DNA from: Bugula neritina
Lineage: Eukaryota > Animalia > Bryozoa
Assembly (NCBI GenBank): GCA_964035545.1
Contig: OZ037772.1
Location: 8,673,150 to 8,737,149, forward strand
Direction of reading: 5' to 3'
Length of the DNA stretch: 64,000 nucleotides
The translations under genes were made by a program, and so were the position numbers. The notes beneath the pieces are model-generated. The model was not told the DNA's origin, made no database searches, and was given only the letters and a program-made list of their open reading frames with translations. Positions 37,000 to 50,007 of this stretch are shown here, piece after piece (within the stretch, counting starts at the first letter, position 1; each line of letters starts with the position of its first letter).

Positions 37000-39900
37000 T
37001 TAATGAGTTGAGGGTGGTTTTATTGAGCTCTTCACAGCTAACTTTCTTTTATTTCTCTTTTTATTATATAATATCTTCATCTGTTTCAAACGCTTTGACG
37101 TTTCGCTAACTCTCCGCTCTTGCAAACATGCTGTAACAATAGGATATTATATTTTTACGTAACAACCAACATGCAACCAAAAGATGCCGATTGTAATGTC
37201 GGTATATCTTATAAAAAAGATCGTTGAAAATAAAAATTTTTAATTATGAATAATATACATCACAACTTTTAAATTTATTATAATTATAGTAATTGTGAGC
37301 CTTTTACTCTGTTTAGTCAACCGTTGGGGAAAAGTCGCTAAATAATATAAACTTTCTCAACTTTTAGTTCTCATTTAATAATAATTCACTAAAAAGTCAA
37401 TTTAAACTATTTGCTTTAAATTTTAGTGTTTTGTAGTATATTTTATATATAATAAACTATATATCAAATCTTGCACTATATATACTATAGTATATTATAT
37501 TTTGTATATATTATAAACTTTATAGTGTAATTTTTATTATGCTAATTTTTTCTTACAATATAATTTATATTGAATTATATGTTATGTTTTAGTATATTAT
37601 ATATTATTACAAATTTTAGTATACCGTACCATAATATTATATACTAATTGCCTATTAAATTTGTTTGCATTTTGTAACAGACTATAGCATGCATTTACAT
37701 TATAAGTTATATAAAATATATATGGTATATATATATAATATAAATATAGAAATTAATATAATATAATTTATATATAATATATAACATATAATTACAATGT
37801 ATGCATATATATAATATAATACAGTATAGTAAAACTTATAATAATTGTTTTAAATTATGCATATTGTATATTATATGTTGTATTATACTATTGCATATAC
37901 TGTATTTATATTACAAATTATGTATTATTATATATAACTGTATGATGAACTTTGACTCACCTATAACTAGTAGTCTTAAGCAATGGACCATTATGAAAAT
38001 GTTTAGAAATACAGTCACAGTAAAGAAAATAAATGCCAACAGCTCGCTCAATTTGATTGATTCCTCAATAAATAGCTGAGCTAAAATGAAAAGAAAAAAA
38101 ATTTGAAATATAAAACTGCTATTCTTATATAAAATAATGAAGCAAAACATAAGGAGATATACAAAAAATGCTTAAATTTATTGATTAATGTTTTATTAAT
38201 AATTCTCTATAAAACAATATTCAATACTTTTAATTAGAATCTTGAAACTCTAATTTATAATTTGGTTTGAAGATACTTTTATCTAAAAATTAAATTATAG
38301 ACAAATCAATTTTTACAATGCTATTAAATGCCCCAATATGCAATACAAAATAGAAAAATAAAGTTATTTTTCTTGTTTGCTTTTGCATTTAGTTATACTT
38401 TGGCTTGATTTATATCAATTGTTTAGGTTCTTAACATGGAAAAGTTTGGTTTGTGACTATAATTTTATTCTAAACGTATATTTAATATAATTTTGTATGA
38501 ACCTTACTTTTGTTGGATATAGTCAATTCATAGGCAGTCGTATCTCCTAAGACGTACACCGTTACGTTATGCATGCCTTCTCTCTTAACAAAATTCTTCG
38601 GGGAAGTAATTTTACAAATGTCAACTGTCCCATTTATCTCCGTGCTCTTATTGTATTGCGGGATGCAAATAGAAGAAATAAATAAATTTTTTAGGTCGAC
38701 CAATCGAATAGTTTTACTTCCATAGTCAGCCAATAAAAATGTTTCGTCGTCTAAAAAGAGTATATTTGAAAGTTTTTGAACACTGGCAGTTTCGAGCAAG
38801 CCATCGCTATGGAAACCTTTAGCATAAACAATATCTTGTATAGCTGGGCTATGAAAAGTTGATTTTATTCTTGATATGGAGCTCTCTGTTTGCAAGTAGA
38901 GATAATTCCCAGATATGTCAAACGTAATTGCCTCAATCATTTTATCCCAATACAAGATGGTTTTGACACGATTTGTATCTAAGCACAGGCAGCGCAAAGT
39001 TTGCGACCCGCTGTCATAAATTAGTACTTCGCTCAAATTTCTCGGATTCAGAATTAAACCAATAGGAAAGAAAAACAGAGCCCTGGAGAAACTTCCGTCT
39101 CTTCTGCCATATTTAAAGCAAGTGCCAGCAATTGTTGAAGTAACTAAGTTTATCCGATTCAGCTTTCTTATGCAGCTGTAGGACTGATCTGAAATCCATA
39201 AAGTTTCATTGTATTTCGGGAGAGTTAAAAGACCAGATATGAGGCCGAATCTTGCATCAGTAGATGACCCATCAATATATCCATCTTCGGAGGAAATTCC
39301 CGCCAAATGGTGGAAAACTGTAAAATTGTTTGTGGTGTAAATAGCGTACCCAATCACAACTAGGAAGTTGTTTGCAATGTACTTATCGTCAGAAGCGTAA
39401 GTGAATGGCAAGGTTGATTGAAGGTTATGAATTTTTGTTACTTGTGTGAAATTCCATCTACAAGTAATATATTACACTGCATGTATATAAAATATGTTAT
39501 CTTTGATATATTATGGGCCTGACTTGGGTCAAACTTTTTGATTGAAATAAAATTAATGTTACATTTAGAATCATTTAGAAACTTAAGTATTGCTTATATG
39601 TAATAGTGCCAGTAAATTAGGTTGTTGATGCATATATGTACTAGTGAAAATTAAAATTAATAAAAAGCAAATATAATATGGGGCAGACAAAACTGATGCT
39701 GTATAGTTCAACCAACATCAGTGTTCTCTACTTCGTATAATATTTGCTTTTTATTAATATTCTCATATCACTGTCGAGTTATAAATAGACAAACAGTTTT
39801 TGCTTGTAAAAAAAGACAACCTAATTATTGTTGAAGCGAATACAGCAATTGACTTAGCAAAATACCAAACTTAAAACAAATAACTGCATTGATATTACTA

Positions 39901-40965
39901 ATTAATATAATAAGCTATTTAAAATTGAAAAATACCTATTTAATTAAATTTACTAGCATAATCGACACTGCAGGTCAAAACTGGCCGCAATCATTCACAC
40001 TGACAAGGTAGAGAGGCTAAAAACTCAGGCTACACAAATTTTTTTATATAAAAAGTCACAAAAGCAGCTCATAAGCAATAAAAGCACTTTGGCTTAATAA
40101 AATAGTACGTTCAATAACTATTCGCAACAATTATAAACATTTAATAATTTAGCAAAAACTTTAACAATAAAATTATATGATTGCTTAGTGTTTTAAAACA
40201 TAGGCAATTTTTGATAATAATTTAATCGAGGTTAGAGACAAATCAAATAAGTGGTTTACCTTCTTAGTTTGAATATATGATTCACTTAACAGAAAGATTT
40301 TCGAAGTATTCCCATTAGCAGCACCTACATACAGTATAAAATAGATAATCTGCTAGAAACATAAACTAATATAAACTTATTACTAACAGCAAAGTGTATA
40401 TAAATATTTGAAGTCATTTTTTTAAATATTTCAATGCATCTGCATACTTTAAAATTTATTTTAGAAAACAAAATTTTGAAGAACCTAAAATAGATTGTAA
40501 CGCAAACACTGATAATCAAGTTGAATATTATAATATAATATATTATATATTTTGACGAAAGCACTTATTTAGCTGTTTTAACTTTACACATGTTTCAATC
40601 TTTTTAATGGTTAGTGCTTTATACATTTCGCACAGATGTGCAAAACCAAAGATGTAATAACTACTAATTAGAATTAAAAAAATAAGCAAAATTAATTTGC
40701 ATTAATATTGTACATTAAGTACATATAACTTAAAATATACACTACATTGTGCTATATAGCATTTAACTTAAATAAAATTGTGCAAATCAGATTCGTATGT
40801 GTAAGATTGATAGCAAATTATGACTATCCTAAAAAAATTGTTATTTTTTTATTTAGAACAAAAAAAGAAAACAACTTCGAGTTTAAAGATAAATTTTGCA
40901 AGTAACTATTATAGAGCTGTTAAGCTTACAAATAAGAACAATGGTGGATGTATTCCTCGTAGCAT
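37000..40965 (-). pseudogene. NHL-type beta-propeller membrane protein, paralog R1 (TM, no Thr stalk); in-frame TAA just after the signal peptide
   Basis: Exons (minus): 40965(ATG)-40930, 40324-40260, 39457-38508, 38080-37961 (TM LLAFIFFTVTVFLNIFIMV), 37130-37000 (basic tail, TAA). Translation starts MLRGIHPPLFLF|VLLMGILRKSFC*VNHIFKLR, stop at 40286-40288. The propeller exon is open (GYIDG..ARF, WISD..SCIR, TIAGTC). Confidence 0.65.
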
Positions 40966-41835
40966 TTGAATGAATAAATATAAGTGATGACAGAGCAACT
41001 TATTGTATCACACAAACTCAGTACTTTATGATTTATAACTTTTAAATGAATTTTGGTATGAAATATAGAAAATTATTTGAACAATTTTAAAGTTATTTTA
41101 ATAATTTGATAGGCAAATGCATATGTTTTACCTCTGCTTGTAAAAAATTATTTAATATAATACAATAAATTAATATATTATTATTGTTTATAAAACTTTC
41201 TACTTATTGTATATGCCGTATATATTAAAAAAAGTCAAGCAACATGACTAACATGCCATTGAAGTATTCAAAAATTAAAAATAAACATAAATTTTTTTTT
41301 AAATCATCATCAAAAATATAGTGATAAGTTTAATTTAATTATGCATGGGGCTTTGTTACTCTTATTTTATAAAATGTTATCTTTTATAGATTTATTTACA
41401 TTAATTAACATCACAACATTGTTTTTTGAGTCTGTAAACAGTCTTTAGCAATGCATTGGACCATTATATATAATTATTGTTTATATAAATCGCATTTGCA
41501 ATGTTTTAAAACCTGGAGTTTTTTAGTGCGCATATATTGTAGAAAAATCTTTCTATACACGAAAAAAACAAAGAGAAGAAATTTTTTTAGCAAAATGCTG
41601 GATTTCAAGTCCAGATTTGAAATACTGTTTTCAGCTTATTATAGCCATTTAATATTACTTCATAGGCTACAGACTAGCTTTAAAAATAATAATATGAAAC
41701 TTTGAAAACAAGAAACTAGAATTATCCAATCGAATTTTAGGTGAACAAAAGTTTAAAAGATTTTATTTATTCTAAGAATTCAGTAATTTATTTTAACTGC
41801 AATACTTAATTCCACAAAACTAAGACTCTTGAAAC

Positions 41836-44800
41836 ATGGAGTCCCTAGTTATCAGAATATTCAGGGTAGGTAAGAACAAATCTTTCAAAATCTTGGTTAC
41901 AACATTTATATATAAGTAACACTTTAATTTAGGCAGTAAATGTGAGAAATTGCATATACACTTCTTGAATAAGCTGTATAGCATGCATATAAAAGCTGAC
42001 TTAAAACATGTAGAAGTAAATAAAAAAAATATAAATATATTTAAAAAAATCTCACGGTTGTTTAAAGTTGTTGTATCTGTAAAGGTTCTATTATAAATGC
42101 AAGTAGTTTTAATTGCCTGTGCTTTTGAAATTATAAATGCCCTTTATTGGGTTGAAGATCATAATTTAATTATGATAATTATAGCTGGATGAGGCCATAA
42201 GCTACTGAAAAACAACTAATTTTTATAATACTTACCTATATATAGAAATAGCATATAATATTTTGTTTACATTTTTTTACAGAAATATATTTTCCTGATT
42301 ATTGTGATGACACCTCAATGTGATTCTGACTTTAGAGCTTCCTACACTGTGATACGCAAGTAAGGCAATGGAAAGTGATAGTTATGGTTAGCTCAAGCAA
42401 GCTATAACCAGGGTTGGGGCCAATTACAGATGAATGTAATTAATTACAATTACATTTACATGAGAATTTGTCAATTACAATTACAATTATAATTACAGTT
42501 GAAATAAATGTAATTAATTACAATTACAATTACATGGTAATGTAATTAATTACAATTACAATTAATTTTTTTCTTACAAAAGACAGATACAAATTATATA
42601 ACTAGACTTCTGTAGTCTAACTTCCAGAGGCAATTTTGACAATTGCAAGCTTTCTTTGTTCTCAACAGTAACAAATAGGGTGATCAATACAACAATAGAT
42701 TAATCTGAACTTTTTATTGGGTAGTAGGAAAAGCTGGAAAAAGATGAATTTTATAAGATTTAAAAATTTGAAGTAATTGTTATGTAATTATAAAGTTATT
42801 GCAAAATTCAATTACATTAGCAATGTAATTAATTACAACCAATTACAATTACAAATTACAATTACCCCAACCCTGGCTATAACTATCACCGTCATTGAAT
42901 ATTGTTCTTTTTATACTTTTTCTGGTAAATTTTAACAGAATAATTATCAAATATAACTATACAATTAAAAGAAACTCAAGTCACCCTCTGAAAATTTTTT
43001 CATAAGATTAGGTTATGTTTGAAATACTGCCGCAGTGTTAAATATTGTGATGTCATTAAAAGTATAAACTAACCATTATCTAACTCTTTTAATTAAAAAT
43101 TATTTTAGAATAAAGTTTGGATTATCTTAAAATAGTTTTTTGATACTAAACATATTTCATCATGCTCTCCAACAAATATATTTTGGTTTGGGCATTACAC
43201 AAATGCAAATAAAAGAAAAAATATCAAAAACTGTTTTTAAAACTTGAGAATAGTAATTTTTTTAAACTAATCTCAATTTATTCTTTCTTGATCAATTATA
43301 TTTGTTTAATTTCTTTTCTTTACAGCACTAAGTTTCATCCACTAGAAAAATTTGCTGACTTCAAAGAATTCCTTGAACGTTATAACAGACCAATTTACTT
43401 CTTCACTAAAGATGACTACATAAAAAATGAATTCATCGTCGCAGCTGGGTTTGGAGTTTTTACCTCGAGGAAAGTCGTAACGCTTGCCCGTCTGGCTGGT
43501 AACTTTGTGGAGAGTGGTAATAGAAATGGAGAAAGGAACTATGCAAGATTTCGCAAAATAAATGGAATAATAACCAATCCGTATGATAAATCAAAGATAT
43601 GGGTTATGGACTCGTATAACTACTGCATTAGAGAAATAAACCGCAGAACTGAAGTGACTTCTACACTCACAGGACAGTGCGGAATTACTGGTCATCAAGA
43701 CGGTGAAATAAAAGACGTAATACTAACAGAGCCGGTGGCTTTAACCGTGAGGCCAAATCAAGCGGAAAATGTTGAAACATATTTTTACGATAACGGAAAT
43801 TTTCGCCTGAAAACCTTAAAAAAGACAGGAGTGCTATTGCGAGTTCACACGGTCATTACTTGGAACAGAAAAATTAACAGCCTGTGTTTTGACCCGTCAG
43901 GAGACGCGCTATACTTAGTGTATAATACGGGCATAGGAAAACTGGTGCTTTCAGGAGTTGCCCAACCTGCTTTAACAATTTCTTTTGAAACTAAGTACGG
44001 GTTTTCAGATGGGCTTCTAAATAAGGATGCTAAAGTCAAGAGGCTAACAAGCATGGCTTTTACTATAAACGGTTTTATTATATTAACGGATGAAGGCAAT
44101 AGTGTGATTCGTGTGCTGGACTCAAAACGATGGGCGTTATCTTCTATCTGCACGACAGGAAGACAGGGTGATGATGTAGCTGGATTACCAACCGTCTGCA
44201 GATTGAAGTATCCAAAAAACTTATTATCAATTGGAAATGGAAAGATACTCATACTGGGTAGAAGCGCCATTTTTGCTTTGCGACTTACGGGTAAGTTATA
44301 TTGTTGAAATATCTTCACATTTTTAATGCAATTTTTAACAGAATAACGTTTTTTGTTTACAACAGCTTGAAGCAATTTTTAAACAGTTCTAAAATGAATT
44401 TTTGTTTTCAAAATTAACACAATGTATTGGCAAACATTCTAATTATACCTACATTAAAATTTTCTAATCAGCTAAAAATGTATCGAGGTTTCAAAGATTG
44501 TGTTTATGCAATACTAATGTTTTTAACTTTCCAAAGTTAGTATGCAGTTCTAAAGCTTGTAGTCTACACTCTAAATTGGATTTATACTGTCTGTAATTAG
44601 TGTAGTGTTGCCCATTATGCTATTAAAAAAGCAATCATTATTTTAAATTTGTATATGTGTGGCAAAAAAGCTTTTATACACCACTTTTTGCAGGCTGCTT
44701 ATAATTAAAACTACATAAAGTTTTATACCATAAAACATTATTAATTTTTTTGGCTATGTTGTAAAAAAATTAAAAAGTAAACCATTACATTAGTGAATAA

Positions 44801-44956
44801 TTAATAAAAAAAATTTAATTTTCCCATAGCAAAACACATTTTGAGACAAATTACGATTTTTTTCATTTTCTGATACAAATTTTTTAGTATAGCTATTTTA
44901 TCTATTGCTGTACTTTCAACAGAAGCAGCTATATAGGTGCTTTTGTTCACAGGGAC

Positions 44957-45049
<93 letters not shown>

Positions 45050-45589
45050 GATTTTATGTTTAATAATTTATCAAACATAAAACTATTAAACATAAAATTA
45101 ACTATATAACCATTCCTGTAAGAATCCTTATTAGAAAAAGCTTTATTGTGGATTTTTGGGTAAGAACTTATTCAGATAGAGCACAGGAGCAATTATGATT
45201 AGATGTTCTTCTTAATATCACCATTGGCCTTTTGTTAGGGTTCAAACTTATTTATAACTTCATGCTTACTATATATAAGGTAAACGTATTCACCATAATA
45301 TTCACATACTGTGGGGTGTTTCTAATAAAATAGTGTATTCCACAGCATTATTTAGTTTTTCATGCTGCTTATAATTTTAGACGAGAAAAAGACTGCAATT
45401 ACTACTACGGCCAGCACAAGTTTTATTCCAGTGACCACAACCATGACTAAACTAACAACAAGGAATTCTACCCAATCAAATACTACTACTACTTACAGTG
45501 CTCTAATATCTACATCTGTTGCACAAAGAATTACAAACTATCTTCTTTTTGTTTTGATTAAAATAAGCTTGTTGCAATTGTTAATTTAA
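41836..45589 (+). CDS. NHL-type beta-propeller surface protein, paralog R2 (Thr-rich stalk, GPI-like hydrophobic C-terminus; ~426 aa)
   Basis: Exons 41836-41865 (MESLVIRIFR), 42283-42359 (KYIFLIIVMTPQCDS), 43326-44290 (propeller), 45381-45589 (TTT stalk, then NYLLFVLIKISLLQLLI*). Total 1281 nt, in frame. Confidence 0.8.
42409..42875. mobile_element. hAT MITE with AATTAC subterminal repeats, in R2 intron 2
   Basis: TIRs cagggttgggg ... ccccaaccctg; perfect 8-bp TSD gctataac (42401-42408 / 42876-42883). Confidence 0.9.
44960..45046. repeat. (TA)n microsatellite
   Basis: Directly visible. Confidence 0.95.
45110..45270 (-). mobile_element. tRNA-derived SINE (family 1), diverged
   Basis: gcacaggagcaattatgattagatgttcttcttaatatcaccattggcc..gggttcaaac. 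Confidence 0.6.
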
Positions 45590-45722
45590 TTTAAATCAAT
45601 TATTAATTTAATTTAAATCAATTACTAATTTAATTTAAATCAACCGCAAATTTAATTTAAATCAATTACTAATTTAATTTTAATCCATTACTAATTCAAT
45701 TTAAATCAATTACTAATTTAAC
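45582..45722. repeat. 22-bp minisatellite (taatttaatttaaatcaattac)n overlapping the R2 stop codon
   Basis: Directly visible, ~6 units. Confidence 0.85.
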
Positions 45723-45899
45723 TTATAGATGTAGCATTTGTTTTAATGCTATAATAATTTGAGAAGTAATAAAACCCTTTCTAAATAAAACAAAAGCCTT
45801 TATTTATTCTTGCAGAAACAAATCTATTATAATTTCTTATAAGTTCTGAATACTTTTTGAGTTTAACTGCATGTAGAAGATATCTAACATTCTATACAA

Positions 45900-46042
45900 A
45901 TATTGTTTTCACATATTGTTTTCACATATTGTTTTCACATATTGTGTTCACATATAATTGCTTTCACATTTTGTTTTCACATATTGTTTTCACATATAAT
46001 TGTGTTCACATACTGTTTTCACATATTTTGTTCACATATTAT
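45900..46042. repeat. 15-bp minisatellite (tattgttttcacata)n
   Basis: Directly visible. Confidence 0.9.
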
Positions 46043-46263
46043 TATGACGCTAATTGTTTTAAAACATAATATCAGTGCACTTAAATATCATAAAACTAGA
46101 AATTTACAAAAATTAAAATTAAAAAGAATTGAATTTTTTTTATTAAAATTATATAGAAAGAATTTCAGCTATTTTAGATATAAATTCTTTTTATTACCAC
46201 ATTAATTTCTGCAGTTATAATGACTCGCACATTTAAAGATTGAAAAAGTTGGATATTGTAGAA

Positions 46264-49200
46264 ATGGAACTTTTTAACCTTAAGCTATTTTTGGTAAGTG
46301 AATGAATGTAATTGATGTATGAAATTGAAATACATAATGTTAAATAAATTATCAAATTATTAACAATAAATTATTTGCATGCTGTAATTGCTGTTGACTT
46401 GAATGTTTTATAAAATAATGACATATGTAAAATGAAACATGCTAATTTTTTATTATTTATAAAATATGCTTGTTTTAAACATTATATATTTTGTGAGAAT
46501 TATAATATAGCTAATGACTTGCTCTCACCGTGACAGCAGCGTAATATGTATAATCACTGACAGAGAGTTGAACTACAAATCTTGTAGTGAATCCTAGGCC
46601 ATTGTTTTTCACGCAACTATTTTTGAATCAAAACACAGCTAATCCTCATTTGTCTTCCTATAAAACAATTAGATCATCTTTGTTAAATTAGTACACACTC
46701 GGAATCTCCAGTTTTTAGCTATTTTGTTCACAAGTTAGCTGCTATAAGCTAGTGCATATATTATTTTTGCTCTAAACTAATAAAGTATCAATAAAAGTAG
46801 TTCTAAATTATTAAGATTGTTTTTAATTTTGCTTGATTTCTTATTATGTTTTTTCCTAATATTAGTTTTCGAGCTGGTCTGTAAATCCAAACTAACTCCC
46901 AGTTACCTAATTGCCTATAAATGTAGAATATATATTGTGATTTGTATTTAATACAGAAATGTATTTTACAGGTCATGATAATGATATCTCCATCCAATAA
47001 CTTAAAAATCTATCACACAATTCTACGAGAGTAAGAACTAAAATGAAATTTTAGCATAATCACATAAATTTTATCATCATATTTTTATTTTTTATGCAAA
47101 AATTTACGGAAGTTTATAATTGCCATCCTTATGATGGAAAATTCAATTTTGAGTACATTGCTCTAACTTAAATAGTATCATATTTATAATATTCAACAGT
47201 ATAAAATTAGGTTTTTCACTGGTTGAGTTGAAACTTTCAGAGTTCTTTTGAAAAAAATTGCTGAAACTTATCCTAAAAAACTCACTCATTCTGTTGAACT
47301 GCATGCTTACAATAAGCCTTCTAAACCAATTTATATAAAAGTTGCTAATAAAGAAAATGAAATAAAACTTGAGCTATAAAAATATGCCCTACATGTTGTG
47401 AAACGCAATTAGGCGAACTTTATGCAAATTACAAATTGTAAGTGTATTTTACTTAGGAACAGTAATCGAAAAAATTGAGAGGGCCCAAGTTCTTTATATT
47501 TTATTACTAAATTTTGGTTTGAGGCGCCGTTTGAACTTTGTGCGAGAACATAACTTCTTTTGCCACATTTATAATCTATAGAATATACTGCTTTTTTTAA
47601 ATTTCTCCATTACTGCATCTACCTTGTGGATTTAAACGGTATTTTGCTTCTTGTTTCAGCACCAAGTTTCATGACGTGAAAAAAGTTGCAGACCTCAAAA
47701 CTTTTGAAGATTTGTACAAAACCCCAGTTTACTTTTCAATCACAGATGATTACATAACAGGCCAGTTCTTAGCAGTAGCTGGATTTGCGGTCTTCACCAC
47801 CAAAGATTTTGTAGACTTTGAGTCTATAGCTGGGAGTTTGGTGGAAGATGGTAATGCAAACGGAGAGAAAGGTTATTCTAGATTTGGCAGAATAGATGGG
47901 ATATTGACCAACCCATATAATAGTTCAAAAGTATGGGTTGCAGACAGTTCTAATCACTGCATTAGAGAAATAGATCGTGAAACTAACATTACTTCTACGT
48001 TTGCAGGACAATGTGGAATTAATGGTCTTCGAGATGGAAAAATAATTAATGAAGCATTATTATTAGAACCTGTAGCGTTGACTGCCAGGCCAAACAAAAA
48101 CAATCAAGAGTTATATTTTTACGAAAATGGAAATACACGAGTAAAAACTATAAAAATGACAGGAAAAGAATTGCAAGTTCATACTGTAAATATTTGGGAC
48201 CGAAAAATCTATAAAATGTGTTTCCATCCATCAGGAGATGAGCTATATTTGGTGCTGGATCGGAGGGTATGGAAACTGACTATTTCAGGGGTTGTCTTGC
48301 CTGTAATAACAATTTTATTCGAAAATAGGTATGGGTTCTCAGATGGAGTTTTTGATCGTGATTCCAAGGTAACAAAACTGACAAGCATGGCGTTTACAAT
48401 AAATAGCGAGCTTGCTTTATTGACGGATCTAGAGAATAATCTTATTCGATTACTTGACTTGAAGCGAAAGGAGTTGTCCTCCATTTGCAGAGGTAGTAGA
48501 TATGACCTAATTGATAAGGCTGGAACCGCAAGCTCCTGCATCTTGATAAACCCAAAACATTTATTTCCAGGGACAGATGGCAAAATCTTTATGATGGGCG
48601 AAAATTCTATTCTTTCGTTGCAGGTTACAGGTGAGATAACTTTTTTTAAATTTTGCAAAAAGTTTAGAATAGGTTTTAGCTGCGCTTGTATAAATTGATA
48701 AGAAAAGTTCTACCCTAAGTTTTTTATAAACGTTTATTTCATTAAAAAAAAATTATTTTTGATTTTTAGTAAAAGTTGTTAAACTGAAAACCATAAAAAA
48801 ATTAAAATTTTAAGCTATTTTATAATTGTAAATGTAAATTATATTTTTTCTGTTGATGTGGCTGTATGTTCAATGCAATCACAGCAATTCTAATATATTC
48901 AATATATTATCTTGACTGCCTTAAGACTTTATTTATGTAAAATAATTGCGCCCACTAAGATTCGAACCACAGACCACCGGCTTGCAAGCAAACACGCTAA
49001 CCAATTATGCTACAGGGGCTTCGGGATTCTAAGCAAAAATTTATATAAGAAATCAAACACGTATAAATTTTTTTTAAAGATAACGATGAGATGCTTATGG
49101 AGCCAAATCAGCCAAATTTTGTAAACATGTTTTTTGTAGTTGTTTAAATTTTTACTACTATTTTGACAATAAGCAGCGTTCATTGATAATAAGGTTTAAA

Positions 49201-49442
49201 CAGTGTTAAGGGTGTTTATGTTCACAGTGTTGGTAATATTTTTAGAAATACTAAAGTCCACTACACCCGGAGCAGATAACTCCAACTTTACAACAGAAAA
49301 CGTGAATGCCACAACAACAACACCAACAACCACAACAACAACAACAACAATTACAACACCTACTCGATCTGTTGCATCTACGATTGCAACATGTTTTTTT
49401 ATAACTTTGGCGAAAGAAAGTTTGTTTCACACGCTCTTTTAA
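46264..49442 (+). CDS. NHL-type beta-propeller surface protein, paralog R3 (Thr-rich stalk, GPI-like end; ~418 aa)
   Basis: Exons 46264-46293 (MELFNLKLFL), 46972-47030 (an in-frame alternative acceptor exists at 46957), 47660-48630, 49246-49442. Closest relative of R2 (TKFH.., ILTNPY..SKVWV.DS.N.CIREI.R.T). Confidence 0.8.
48947..49019 (-). pseudogene. tRNA-like element, family 2
   Basis: Reverse complement gcccctgtagcataattggttagcgtgtttgcttgcaagccggtggtctgtggttcgaatcttagtgggcgca. Confidence 0.55.
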
Positions 49443-50007
49443 TTTGAAAGTAAAAGTGAGACTTGTATTATGAGTGATCAGGCAACAATAAAGCAGTTTA
49501 TAAATGTTAATCTTTTTTATTTTTAATTTTTCTTCAATAAAAAATAATATATATAAATATTGATGAGATTTCATAAAAAAGACTACTTGCAAAAAATAAT
49601 GAACTAAATTTGGACTATATATATATATCTTATTGCAATTGCTTTAAACATTTACTTTTGTGATTTGCACGCAGAAGGTTATTTAAATTGGTTATAAAAC
49701 AAACTGATTGATTTCATAATCTAATAAAATGGCATGACATTAAGCTGCTGCTGTTAGCTTACAGGCTATCAAATGTGATATATATATTATGAAAATTATC
49801 TTGCTTTGACTAAATAATCTGCGGTGTATATATAGCAATAAATGGTGATACAAAATTACAAGCTACATGCAGCGTCCTTTATATCTTGAAAGCATGATGT
49901 AACTTGTATGCTAAAAATGAGAAAAATTTCAACAAATATGTAAATATCATTTTACCAAATTTTAAATTTTGTAGTTGAATTAAATTAGTTCAATGATTTG
50001 AACATAA

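Noticed and set aside
43845-44375. Long antisense ORFs (also 48209-48658, 56771-57067, 61228-61605, 23003-23191, 34687-34932)
   Set aside because: Shadows of real coding exons on the opposite strand, with no independent motifs.
47225-47410. Short coding-like stretch in R3 intron 2 (TFRVLLKKIAETYPKK...)
   Set aside because: Interrupted by a stop, with no recognisable family; too weak to call.
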